From assembly GCA_041649195.1 (NCBI GenBank), contig JBAZNO010000001.1, positions 1-30,544 of the forward strand: a stretch of DNA of 30,544 bases, read 5' to 3'. Each line of letters begins with the position of its first letter. The stretch's first letter is position 1. Shown here piece after piece: positions 1-8,800 of the stretch. The position numbers and the translations under genes are program-made. The notes under the pieces are model-generated. The model saw only the letters and a list, made by a program, of their open reading frames with translations, did no database searches and had not been told where the DNA came from. The DNA comes from Minisyncoccota bacterium (GTDB taxonomy: Bacteria > Patescibacteriota > Minisyncoccia > Phycocordibacterales > XYD1-FULL-46-19).

Positions 1-864
1 GAGGGCGAAAGCGAAGGAGAAGGCGAAACTTTTGAGCTTGTCTTGAATGTTTCTCCAGAAGGTGCGGGTTGGATTGATAAAAATCCGGCGCCACCCTATC
101 TGGCCACGCTCCCTTACACGGTGGTTTGGTTAAATCCAATTGCCAATGATGGCTGGATTTTTGATCACTGGGAAGGTACGTACCTCAATAGCGCCACTGT
201 TTTGATGGATGGAGACAAAACCATCACGGCTGTGTTTGTCAGTGTCGGGGAAGGCGAAGGAGAAGGTGGAATTGAGATTGTTCCAACGATAAATTGGGTT
301 ATTTCCAGGATTTATGAATCGGGTGGATCACCGTATAGTGGCTTAGATGTGGCCATGCGAGCGGACCCGATGGGGAGAGAACTTCGAACTCTTATTAAGT
401 TTGATCTCTCCTCAATTTCTTCTGGCACGCAAATTGAAAGTGCTGTCTTGCGTTTATACGCATTGGAACAGATTGAGTATACATCAAGTTGGATTATGGT
501 TAGTCGGGTAATTGAAAATTGGGATCCCGTCTATACCACCTGGACAACACGCATTAATTCTTTGGAATGGGCAACTCCCGGTGGGTCATTTACTGGTAAT
601 GATCATATTTCAATTCTGTCTAAATATGGTGGTACTGGATATGAAGATTCTGGCTCGGGCCCATATAATGAGTGGTTCCAGTTAGACATAACGTCGCTAG
701 TACAGGATTGGGTAGATGGTACCTGTGACAACTATGGTCTAATGCTTTGGCAACCAAATGGTGATTTTCATTATCAAAACCAAGAAATTGATTTCGCTAC
801 GCGCGACGACGCCGATGTATCGCTAAGGCCCAGACTGGTGATATCTGTTGCCGGTACGCCCTAA
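1..864 (+). CDS. Modular surface/secreted protein, 5'-partial: InlB-B-repeat-like module, EG-rich linkers, C-terminal DNRLRE domain
   Basis: Frame 1 is open from base 1 (EGESEGEGETFELVLN...), so the gene starts before the window. Motifs: FDHWEG...VLMDGDKTITAVF (B-repeat-like); LIKFDLSSI...I.SA.L.LY, W.TPGG, DIT.LVQ.W...NYG..L, RP.L.I (DNRLRE-like). Confidence 0.7.
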   Translation, partial: EGESEGEGETFELVLNVSPEGAGWIDKNPAPPYLATLPYTVVWLNPIANDGWIFDHWEGTYLNSATVLMDGDKTITAVFVSVGEGEGEGGIEIVPTINWVISRIYESGGSPYSGLDVAMRADPMGRELRTLIKFDLSSISSGTQIESAVLRLYALEQIEYTSSWIMVSRVIENWDPVYTTWTTRINSLEWATPGGSFTGNDHISILSKYGGTGYEDSGSGPYNEWFQLDITSLVQDWVDGTCDNYGLMLWQPNGDFHYQNQEIDFATRDDADVSLRPRLVISVAGTP

Positions 865-885
865 GACATTTACTTTAATTATTGT

Positions 886-922
886 AGAGTGGCCACGATG
901 AAAATCGTCGCCACTCTTTTTC
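886..922 (+). terminator. Intrinsic terminator after the DNRLRE gene
   Basis: AGAGTGGC-C-ACGAT / GAAA / ATCGT-C-GCCACTCT followed by TTTTCTTT. Confidence 0.75.
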
Positions 923-968
923 TTTATCCCCACTTTTGTATACTGTGCGAGATTGGATATCGCACAAT
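923..968. repeat. 46-bp repeat, copy 1 (TTTATCCCCACTTTTGTATAC + TGTGCGA-core-TCGCACA-AT)
   Basis: 923-950 is identical to 1303-1330 and 960-968 to 1340-1348. The 9-nt core here is GATTGGATA. Confidence 0.95.
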
Positions 969-990
969 GTAACCAAGAATTTGAAACCAG

Positions 991-1019
991 TTGACAAGTT
1001 ATTAAAGAAGGGGCATTAT
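991..1019 (+). promoter_or_regulatory. Sigma70-type promoter for the ORFan at 1056
   Basis: TTGACA (991-996), 17-bp spacer, CATTAT (1014-1019). Confidence 0.55.
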
Positions 1020-1055
1020 CAATTGTAGAATATGTAACCTATAAGGAGATTAGCC

Positions 1056-1250
1056 GTGAACGACAAGGGTAATTTTAGCGTCTCAGACCCAAATAGTCCC
1101 CGACAAACCCCGCCGGTCTTTGAACCCCAGAGTGATTGGTTCATCCCCATCTCGGTGATGGGTGGTCCTAAAAAACGAAAGGGCGAACCTCCGACCCCGG
1201 TAACATTTCACCCGTCCGGCCCATGCGGAGGTCACGGAGAGTGGTATTAA
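1056..1250 (+). CDS. Small Pro-rich hypothetical protein (64 aa)
   Basis: AAGGAG (1043-1048) lies 7 nt before the GTG; there is a promoter upstream and a terminator downstream. No recognisable family. Confidence 0.55.
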   Translation: MNDKGNFSVSDPNSPRQTPPVFEPQSDWFIPISVMGGPKKRKGEPPTPVTFHPSGPCGGHGEWY

Positions 1251-1264
1251 GGGGAATCATTTAT

Positions 1265-1301
1265 CCCGCCGAACAGAGCCCCCTCTGTGAGGCGGGCTTT
1301 T
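1265..1301 (+). terminator. Intrinsic terminator after the ORFan
   Basis: CCCGCC-GA-ACAGAG / CCC / CTCTGT-GA-GGCGGG then CTTTT. Confidence 0.7.
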
Positions 1302-1302
1302 G

Positions 1303-1348
1303 TTTATCCCCACTTTTGTATACTGTGCGATATCCAATCTCGCACAAT
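1303..1348. repeat. 46-bp repeat, copy 2, hairpin core inverted
   Basis: Same flanks as 923-968. The core TATCCAATC is the exact reverse complement of the copy-1 core. Confidence 0.95.
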
Positions 1349-1358
1349 TAAAGGTTTT

Positions 1359-2549
1359 TTAGGTGATTACTCCCCCGCCGAGGCAGGTTTTACCAGAGTA
1401 GAGAACAAGGGATTGGCCCGGGGTGGCAAGTTGGGGTTGGTCGAAAGTTATTGTGGCGGTGCCTTTTTTGGGGTCAATTTGGGTTAATTGACAGGGTTGG
1501 AGGGGTTGGCGATAGCGGACGCGACCCCAAAGCGGGCGCCCGAGTAAGCCCGCCAAGGGTAACCCTTGAGCTGCTTTTAAAGGGTTACCCTTGGCGGTGG
1601 CGGGCAGCTTACTAATCCAATTTGTTTTTTCGATTTTTACTTCTAATTTCTCAGCGCTGATTAAATGGGGGTTTGAAGAAACGGTGAGGGTATTTTTTTT
1701 AATATCTTTGGCAATAATATAATAAGGCTTTTCGTCCGGGGCCTTGGTGAAGGTTTCGAAGCCGTGTCGTTCGCCCAAAGTGAAAAAGGTCGCTCCATCA
1801 TGTCTCCCAATTATCTCTCCCCTTTCATTCAAAACATCCCCGTCTTTTTCTTTGATCTCACGCTTCAAAAAATCTTTAAAATCAATTTGGCCAACAAAAC
1901 ATAGGCCCTGACTATCTTTTTTAAGAGCATTAGGCAAACCAAATTTCTTAGCTAAGGCGCGGACTTCGGTTTTTGTTTTGTTGCCAATCGGAAACAAAAT
2001 TTTGGCCAATTGCTCTGGTTTTAAATTCCACAAAAAATAAGTCTGATCTTTAGCGGTATCTTTTGACTCGCCAAACAAAAAGTCAGTCTTGCCTTCTCTC
2101 GGTCGATGAGGGGGATTCGAGACCAAGCCTGCTTTTTGTCTGGCTCGTAAAGATTCTTTCTGTGATAAGATTTGACTGTAATGCCCGGTAGCAACAAAAT
2201 CTGCACCGTGCGCTATCGCCCAATCATAAAATACTCCAAACTTAATATGTTTGTTGCACATTACATCAGGGTTAGGCGTGCGGCCGGCCTTATATTCGGC
2301 AATAAAATAATCCACTACTTTTTTCTTGTATTCCCGACTTAAATCAAGAGTAATGAGGGGGATGTCTAAATGGGCCGCGGCTCGTCTTGCCTCCCTCCTT
2401 TCTTCGCGCCAGGTGCAAATAAAACCAGAGGGTTCCCAAACTTTAATAAACACTCCTATCACTTTATACCCGGCCTTTTTCAACAAAGCCGCGCTGACTG
2501 ACGAATCAACGCCCCCTGACATCCCAACATAAACGCACTTAGCCTTCAT
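1359..2549 (-). CDS. mnmA: tRNA 2-thiouridine(34) synthase MnmA
   Basis: VGMSGGVDSSV, TPNPDVMCN..IKF, ATGHY, KDQTYFL, KKDSQGLCF, PGQS.V.Y...CLGGG. Start moved to ATG 2549 (MKAKCVYVG); the upstream TTG lies in an AT-rich promoter-like stretch. Confidence 0.95.
   Translation of the reverse strand: MKAKCVYVGMSGGVDSSVSAALLKKAGYKVIGVFIKVWEPSGFICTWREERREARRAAAHLDIPLITLDLSREYKKKVVDYFIAEYKAGRTPNPDVMCNKHIKFGVFYDWAIAHGADFVATGHYSQILSQKESLRARQKAGLVSNPPHRPREGKTDFLFGESKDTAKDQTYFLWNLKPEQLAKILFPIGNKTKTEVRALAKKFGLPNALKKDSQGLCFVGQIDFKDFLKREIKEKDGDVLNERGEIIGRHDGATFFTLGERHGFETFTKAPDEKPYYIIAKDIKKNTLTVSSNPHLISAEKLEVKIEKTNWISKLPATAKGNPLKAAQGLPLAGLLGRPLWGRVRYRQPLQPCQLTQIDPKKGTATITFDQPQLATPGQSLVLYSGKTCLGGGVIT
1550..1597. 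repeat. 48-bp in-frame palindromic insertion in mnmA
   Basis: Perfect 18-bp arms CCGCCAAGGGTAACCCTT / AAGGGTTACCCTTGGCGG with a 12-nt loop; falls in the ..AKGNPLKAAQGLPLAG.. segment. Confidence 0.85.
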
Positions 2550-2573
2550 GGCTAAGTTATAACACAAACTAGG

Positions 2574-3455
2574 CTACATGTGTAGTCTGATATTTTTTCG
2601 ATGATCGGTAAAATTTTCAGCATAATACATTTTACCATCGCGACCGGTGAGATAATAAAGATAAGGTGAGGGTTCGGGATAAAGGGCGGCAACAATGGAA
2701 GCTAGCCCTGGGTTATTGATGGGCACATCTGGCAAACCACGTTGTTTATAGGTTATTTTGGCCACATCCACTTGAAGGGGCATCCCAATCGAAATTCTCT
2801 TCCATAAAATTCCCGAGATGAGGTGACGATCTTTATTATATTTTGCCTCACCCTCGATGATTGAGGCCATAGTTAAAATTTGGCTAAGCGGTTTACCCGA
2901 GAGCAAGATCCCCATTTTAAGCGGGGCGATTTGATCATTGAAGTTTTGGTTCATTTCGTAAATCATATCGTCGGCCGTGTCATAAGGTGAGAAAAAATAA
3001 GTGTCAGGGAAGAGGCGTCCTTCAAAACTGGTGGCTTGGTCGAGAAAATCTTTTTTCGAAAACTTAGTGATTTGCTTGGCTAAGAGGTTGGCAATTTTAG
3101 TATTAGACATTCCCTCAAAAACGGTAATGGTGATCGGTTTATAGCCCAAAAAACGACGAGTTAATTTTAGGGCAATATTAACAGTGGAGACCGGCTGTTT
3201 GAAGAAGTAAGTCCCCACTTGCATCCGTTTTTCGCCTCCAAGAAGATAAACAAAAACCTTGAAGGCGGTGGCTGATTGGATAAATTTTTTGGCCTTAAGT
3301 TCTTTGGCGATTTGCGAAAGTGTTTTGCCCCGATCAACATGATAAAAGGGCATAGTGGGAAAATCGGCCGGGGGAAAGATGGTGGTGAGAGTGAGAGTAA
3401 AAATCAAAACAAAAACGAGAAACAAGAGGCCAATTGTCCATTTATTGTAAGGCAT
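2574..3455 (-). CDS. mltG: Endolytic transglycosylase MltG (YceG family)
   Basis: N-terminal TM; ITVFEG; EGRLFPDTY; LTMASIIEGE; PLQVD; PINNPG..S..AALYP; YLYY; YYAENF..H. Confidence 0.9.
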   Translation of the reverse strand: MPYNKWTIGLLFLVFVLIFTLTLTTIFPPADFPTMPFYHVDRGKTLSQIAKELKAKKFIQSATAFKVFVYLLGGEKRMQVGTYFFKQPVSTVNIALKLTRRFLGYKPITITVFEGMSNTKIANLLAKQITKFSKKDFLDQATSFEGRLFPDTYFFSPYDTADDMIYEMNQNFNDQIAPLKMGILLSGKPLSQILTMASIIEGEAKYNKDRHLISGILWKRISIGMPLQVDVAKITYKQRGLPDVPINNPGLASIVAALYPEPSPYLYYLTGRDGKMYYAENFTDHRKNIRLHM

Positions 3456-3458
3456 GTT

Positions 3459-4730
3459 TTAGATAGGCAAATTCGCTGGCGGTTCACCCCGTTTGGAAGT
3501 AATGCGTTCGAGATTAGGTGTGGTCGCGACTTGTCCTGGGAAGTGGTAAATTGTCGCTAACTCTTCAGACGTTAAGCCCATCGGTTTTCTAGAAGCTGGC
3601 GGGTAAAAATATGAACGATTACAGAAAAATTTAAAGAATTGGGTTTTTCGCCATTTAACTCGCCAGCCAAGTGGATCTTGCCAGGGATTAGGGAAGCCGG
3701 TGAGGTGACTATTCTTAAAAGAATTTAGACCTTCTGCTCCATATTGTTTGAAGGCTGAATTAAAACCGACAAAGACCTCCGGCCGAAGACCGGTGGTCGA
3801 GGCATAGATAGAACGTATCCCGACATCAAACGCTGGTTTGGATAAATTGCGCTGGATAGAGGCCAAGACATCTCGTTCAGTATTGGTTAAATTCATTTTT
3901 ACCCAAGCGCTCATGTCCTTAACTTCTTTGTTTCGGCTCATCAGCTCATCAACCAAGTCTCGACCGCTGGCTTTCCAATCAACTTCTTTTTTCTCTCGGT
4001 GTTTTGTTTTGAAGAAAAACCAATCTTTTTCCTTCTTTTTTTCTTTGATAAAACGTTTTTTTGCCCCCATTATTAAAATTTGGATCCAAATTTGCTCTGT
4101 CGGCTTGATCATTGAAATCGCCTCTAATAAGGGGGTCATCGGCTCGATTTTAAATTCCTCTTTGGGATCACGGTCAAGTTCGTAGTCAATGTAAGTTTTT
4201 ATTGGGTAGGCGTCTGGCTCACTTAAGCTGTATTCGAAACACATGATATTCCAAGGAGAATTGGGCTGACCAAAAGTGACTTCTTTTGTATAATCTTCAA
4301 CTTCAAAAATTTCAGCTTCTGGGTATTGCGAATAGATACGGGTTTCAACTATATTTTTGAAAAAAGCCGGGATATTTAAGAAAAAGCGAATTTTCCCTCC
4401 CAGCGAAACTAATTCAAGAGAAAACCAGTCGCGAACGCTCCCGTGGATATACTTATCAATTAACTCGCCTTCATAGGTTTGGTAAAAAACTTCCATTAGC
4501 AATTCCATTGCCTTGGGCGACTTAGTTACTTCTTTTGGGATTCTTACTTCAAACATTACTCGCTTGCGAGCGATATAACCGGCCCGGATATAGAGCAGAT
4601 ATGTTTGCCACAATAAAAAGGCGAGAAAGATTGGCGAAAGATAAATAAAGAAAATTAACCCTTGAAAAAAGGCCGGGGCGACTTGCCAAAGAAGATTATT
4701 AAATAATTGAAAAGGCGCAAGCCAAGACAT
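3459..4730 (-). CDS. Conserved CPR-type membrane protein resembling the domain found N-terminal to or beside CPR VirB4/TraD-like ATPases
   Basis: N-terminal TM; FEVRIPKEV.KSPKAME, FSLELVS, IYSQYPEAEI.EV.DY, YPIKTY, ELATIYHFP, SKRGEPP.NLP. Family assignment is from memory. Confidence 0.55.
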   Translation of the reverse strand: MSWLAPFQLFNNLLWQVAPAFFQGLIFFIYLSPIFLAFLLWQTYLLYIRAGYIARKRVMFEVRIPKEVTKSPKAMELLMEVFYQTYEGELIDKYIHGSVRDWFSLELVSLGGKIRFFLNIPAFFKNIVETRIYSQYPEAEIFEVEDYTKEVTFGQPNSPWNIMCFEYSLSEPDAYPIKTYIDYELDRDPKEEFKIEPMTPLLEAISMIKPTEQIWIQILIMGAKKRFIKEKKKEKDWFFFKTKHREKKEVDWKASGRDLVDELMSRNKEVKDMSAWVKMNLTNTERDVLASIQRNLSKPAFDVGIRSIYASTTGLRPEVFVGFNSAFKQYGAEGLNSFKNSHLTGFPNPWQDPLGWRVKWRKTQFFKFFCNRSYFYPPASRKPMGLTSEELATIYHFPGQVATTPNLERITSKRGEPPANLPI

Positions 4731-4755
4731 GCCCTAATTATAGCGCAAGAAGGGT

Positions 4756-5784
4756 TTATTTGGCTAGGTTAAAACGGCCGTCACTGAGTCGCTTGAAGAA
4801 TTTAGGGTTTTGCAAATTGACGATAATGGTATTGAGTTTGACTTGGCGTTGTTTGAGCACACCCTCAACTACTTCTTGGCGAGAAAGCGGGCCATGCTCT
4901 TTGATCAATTTTTGGATAACCTCAATGACAGTACCTTTAGAATAACCCCATTCAGTTAAAGCGTACAAACCACGGCCAACTAAAACAAAACGATTGTCTT
5001 TAATCAGCTCGTTGTGGCAGGTAGCTGGGTGAGCTTCGCGGCCAAAGGTCTTCTGAATTTGTTTGGCCACTTCACTGAAGTGAAGAGGCTTTTGGGCCTT
5101 GCGTAAAACCAAATAGGCATAATCACGAATCCCGCGCATGCGAATATTAGGTGACGAAGCCAAACCCCACTCACCGAGCGGATTCTTGGCCAAAGACTTG
5201 CTTAAGGTTAACCATTTGTCGGCAAATTGACTAACCTTTGGTTCACTAGACAGGGTTTTTAATTCTTTCAAAAACTTCTCAACTAATTCTGGTTCAGAGA
5301 CTAAATCACCTTCGGTAAAATTAGAGCAAAGATTTTTGAGTGATTGGTGAACCTTGGTCGCCAACTCTTCGTTGGTAGTCCAGCGATGATGAAAATCCTC
5401 GTCCTCTTTAATTTTGGTAAAAGCATCAGAGACAACCAGTAAAAAATGGATTTGATTTTGGGTTAATTTATCTTTGGCTTGTGATTCAAGAAAAAGTTGC
5501 TCGTGCACAATCCCGCCAAAATCATCAACGATTTTTTTAAGTTGGGCAAAAGCGCCCTGACTTCCGGCATAGGCTTTAGACTTGCGAATTAAATTAAGAG
5601 CAAAAGCCTCAATTTGGCGAACACGTTCGCGAGTAATTTTATACTCACGACCAATCCCCTCTAAGGTTTCGCGCTTAGCCACTTTGCCCAAACCATAACG
5701 CTTGGTCAAAATATCTTGGCTACGCTTTGGTAGCTCGTCGAGTAATCGCTTGGTGATGTCTTTAACTTTTATATTCATATACAT
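4756..5784 (-). CDS. Sigma70 region-4-like HTH plus HARE-HTH (RNAP delta-like) domain protein
   Basis: TLEGIGREYKITRERVRQIE (sigma r4 HTH); PLHFSEVA...HPATCHNELIKDNRFVLVGRGLYAL.EWG (HARE-HTH-like). No sigma region 2 recognised. Start may be 5778. Confidence 0.75.
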   Translation of the reverse strand: MYMNIKVKDITKRLLDELPKRSQDILTKRYGLGKVAKRETLEGIGREYKITRERVRQIEAFALNLIRKSKAYAGSQGAFAQLKKIVDDFGGIVHEQLFLESQAKDKLTQNQIHFLLVVSDAFTKIKEDEDFHHRWTTNEELATKVHQSLKNLCSNFTEGDLVSEPELVEKFLKELKTLSSEPKVSQFADKWLTLSKSLAKNPLGEWGLASSPNIRMRGIRDYAYLVLRKAQKPLHFSEVAKQIQKTFGREAHPATCHNELIKDNRFVLVGRGLYALTEWGYSKGTVIEVIQKLIKEHGPLSRQEVVEGVLKQRQVKLNTIIVNLQNPKFFKRLSDGRFNLAK

Positions 5785-5826
5785 CTATTTCTATCACTAA
5801 AGCCAAACAAAGTCAACTAGTAAATA

Positions 5827-8800
5827 TTAGACCACAAAGTTGAGCAATTTATCCTTGATATATATAGCTTTTTTGTACTTTCCTTCAGCTAGCCACTTGG
5901 CCACTAGTGGATTAGTGAGAGCAAGTTTGACAACGCTTTCTTCGCTCTGGCCAGCTGGGAGATTGAGGGTCGCTCGAACCTTACCATTGATTTGAACGAC
6001 AATTTTAACTTCGCTTGAGATTAATTTTTGGGGATCGGCTACGGGCCACGCCGAGAGATGGATTGATTTTGTCTCGCCTAAATTATGCCACAATTCTTCG
6101 GCCACATGGGGCGCTAAGGGGGCAAGTAATTTGAGAAAAATTTTAAAATCTTCGACGGGGATTTGGTCGAGCTTTTCCCAATCATTAGACAAAATCATCA
6201 GGGCCGAAACGGCCGTGTTAAAATTAAAACGATTGATATCGTCGGTCACTTGTTTGATCGTCTTGTGTAAAAGATAATCGCCACCGGTGAGAAGTCGTTT
6301 TTCGTCCTGCGAAATGCGACTTCGCACCGGTGCCACTTTCCCCGCCAAGCGCCAAATCTTCTCCACAAATCTCCGTGACCCCATCAAATTATTGGTACTC
6401 CAAGCCTTAGAGAGTTCGAATGGTCCCATAAACATTTCGTAAAGACGTAAGGTGTCGGCACCATAAAGCCTCACCATATCGTCTGGGTTGATCACATTGC
6501 CCCAGCGCTTGCTCATTTTGCGATTATCCTCGCCCAAAATTAGTCCCTGATTTTTTAATTGGGCAAACGGTTCGGGATAATTAACGACGCCAATATCTTG
6601 CAAAAACTTATGCCAAAAACGGGCGTAGATTAAGTGGCGAGTCGCATGCTCGGTTCCTCCCACATACATATCAACCCCAGTAGCAGAATCTCGCGAGCTC
6701 GATTCGCTACGGGGCAGGCCGGCTCCCAACCAATAATCTAGTTTTTTAATGTCAGCGATAGACTTGCTGTTTTTGGGATCAATAAAGCGTAAAAAGTACC
6801 ATGAAGAGCCGGCCCATTGGGGCATGGTATTAGTTTCGCGCTTGGCGGGCCCTTTGCAGACCGGGCACTTAATATTGACCCAGGTTTTAATGTCAGCCAG
6901 AGGCGATTCCCCTGTGCCGGTGGGGGCATAACTTTTAACTTTAGGTAATTTGACCGGTAAATCTTTTTCGGGTACGGGTACAGCTCGTGGTGAGCCTGCC
7001 GAACCACATTTATCACAATGAATGATCGGGATCGGTTCGCCCCAATAACGTTGACGCGAAAAGACCCAATCGCGCAATTTATATTTTATTATTTGCTGAC
7101 CCCGCGCAAATTTAGTGATCGCTTTTTTGGCTTTTTCATTATCCAGTCCGGTAAATTGCTCGGAATTAATTAGGATTCCTTCTCCAATATAAGGCCCGTC
7201 TACCCCCTTCTTAATTCGCTCTAGCCAAACATCCATTTCGGCATGGACCATGAATTCAGTCGTTAATTCTTCGGGTTTGACCCAGAGAATTTCGTTTTGA
7301 GCCTCCTTTTCTCCTTCGGGAATTTCGCTTTGCTGGTCATCGACGAGGTCAAATTGAACGAGATTGGTAAAAGAAACACGATTAACATTTTTATGATTAG
7401 CAAAATATTCGGCGCGAACTTGTCCGCCAAGAACCTGGCCGTTTTTAAGATTTTGATAACCCGTTTCTTCAAGCACTTCGCGCTTGGCAGCCGTTAACAA
7501 ATCTTCTCCTTCGCTGACCCCACCCATGGGGAAAGTTACCCAATTATATTTATGAGAGTGGAGGCAAAGAATCTTTCCGGTTTTGGGGTTGCGAACAATT
7601 ACTTGAACATTTTTTCGTTCAATTTTTTCTTTACCAGCCACTGGCGGATTTCTCTTATCAATTCGTTCGGGGATAATTACTTCCTTGATCGGTAATTTAA
7701 ATTTCTTGGCAAATTGCCAGTCGCGGTCGTCGTGGGCCGGTACGGCCATAATCGCACCGGTGCCATAATCGGGTAAAACATAATCGGCCACAAAGATTGG
7801 GATCTCCTCTTTATTGGTGGGGTTAATCGCTTTAATCCCCTTCACCTCAACGCCCGTTTTTTCTTTGCCTTCGGCGGTGCGCTCTATTTCACTTCGCTTG
7901 CCAGCCAGAGCGGCGTAATCCTTGATCGCTTTTAAGTTGGTAATATTTTCGGCCAAATCATTAATTAATTTATGCTCTGGCGCTAAGACCAAATAAGTCG
8001 CACCAAATAAAGTGTCGGGGCGAGTAGTAAAAACTTTGACTTGATCGAGACAATGCTCCAAAACGAGGGGTTCGACGGTTCCGCAAAAATGGGATTTTTC
8101 GGCTTTGAGGCGATGGGTTTTGCCACCTAGTGACTGTTGAATAATTTTCGACTCGCCATCGGGGATTAAGCTATCGTTGTCATCTTCGAGAATAACAATC
8201 TCTTTAACATTTTCTTTAATTTTATTAGTATCAAATTTCCAACTCATTAAATATTTAGCCGCTAAACGTTCTTTATCGCGGAATTTTGGCTCAATCAAGC
8301 CGGCCACTAAAATTAATTTATGAATTGGCGTTGATAGTTTTTCTAAAATGCGATAAGACACGACTGAACCGAGCGAGTGACCGACAAGGATGGTGTTAGC
8401 GTCAAATTTTACTTTCGACAAAACATAATCCGCTTGCTCTACCACATCAGGCACATAGGGATGAGGCAAATCGAAGCTAATGACTTCGTGTCCTTGGGCC
8501 TCGAGCTCGCGTTTAAGCCACGGGATAAAGCAACTCTTACTATTACTGCGCCAGCCGTGCAATAAAACATATTTATATTTGGTTTTAAGCGGAAAGGAGA
8601 TCTCGGCGCCCTCACTTTTGCCAATCCAATTGCGTTGGGACTCCTTAATTGATTCAGGCCAATTGAGACCATCAAGATCTTTGAGCAAGCGCTCGGCATA
8701 ATTAGTGATCTTGAGCACCCATTGGCGCATTGGCTTTTTTATCACTTCTGAACCGCATCGTTCGCATTTACCGTCCTCGAGATCTTCGTTGGCGAGACCG

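Noticed and set aside
923-1348. CRISPR array, integron attC or dif site
   Set aside because: Only two units 380 bp apart, no cas or integrase gene in the window, no GTTRRRY/RYYYAAC boxes and no XerC/D arm consensus.
1369-1390. GC-rich CCTGCCTCGGCGGGG at the mnmA end as a mini-element
   Set aside because: It encodes the conserved MnmA CLGGG motif.
1287-1487. 66-aa + strand ORF
   Set aside because: It runs through the terminator and repeat and is antisense to the mnmA 3' end.
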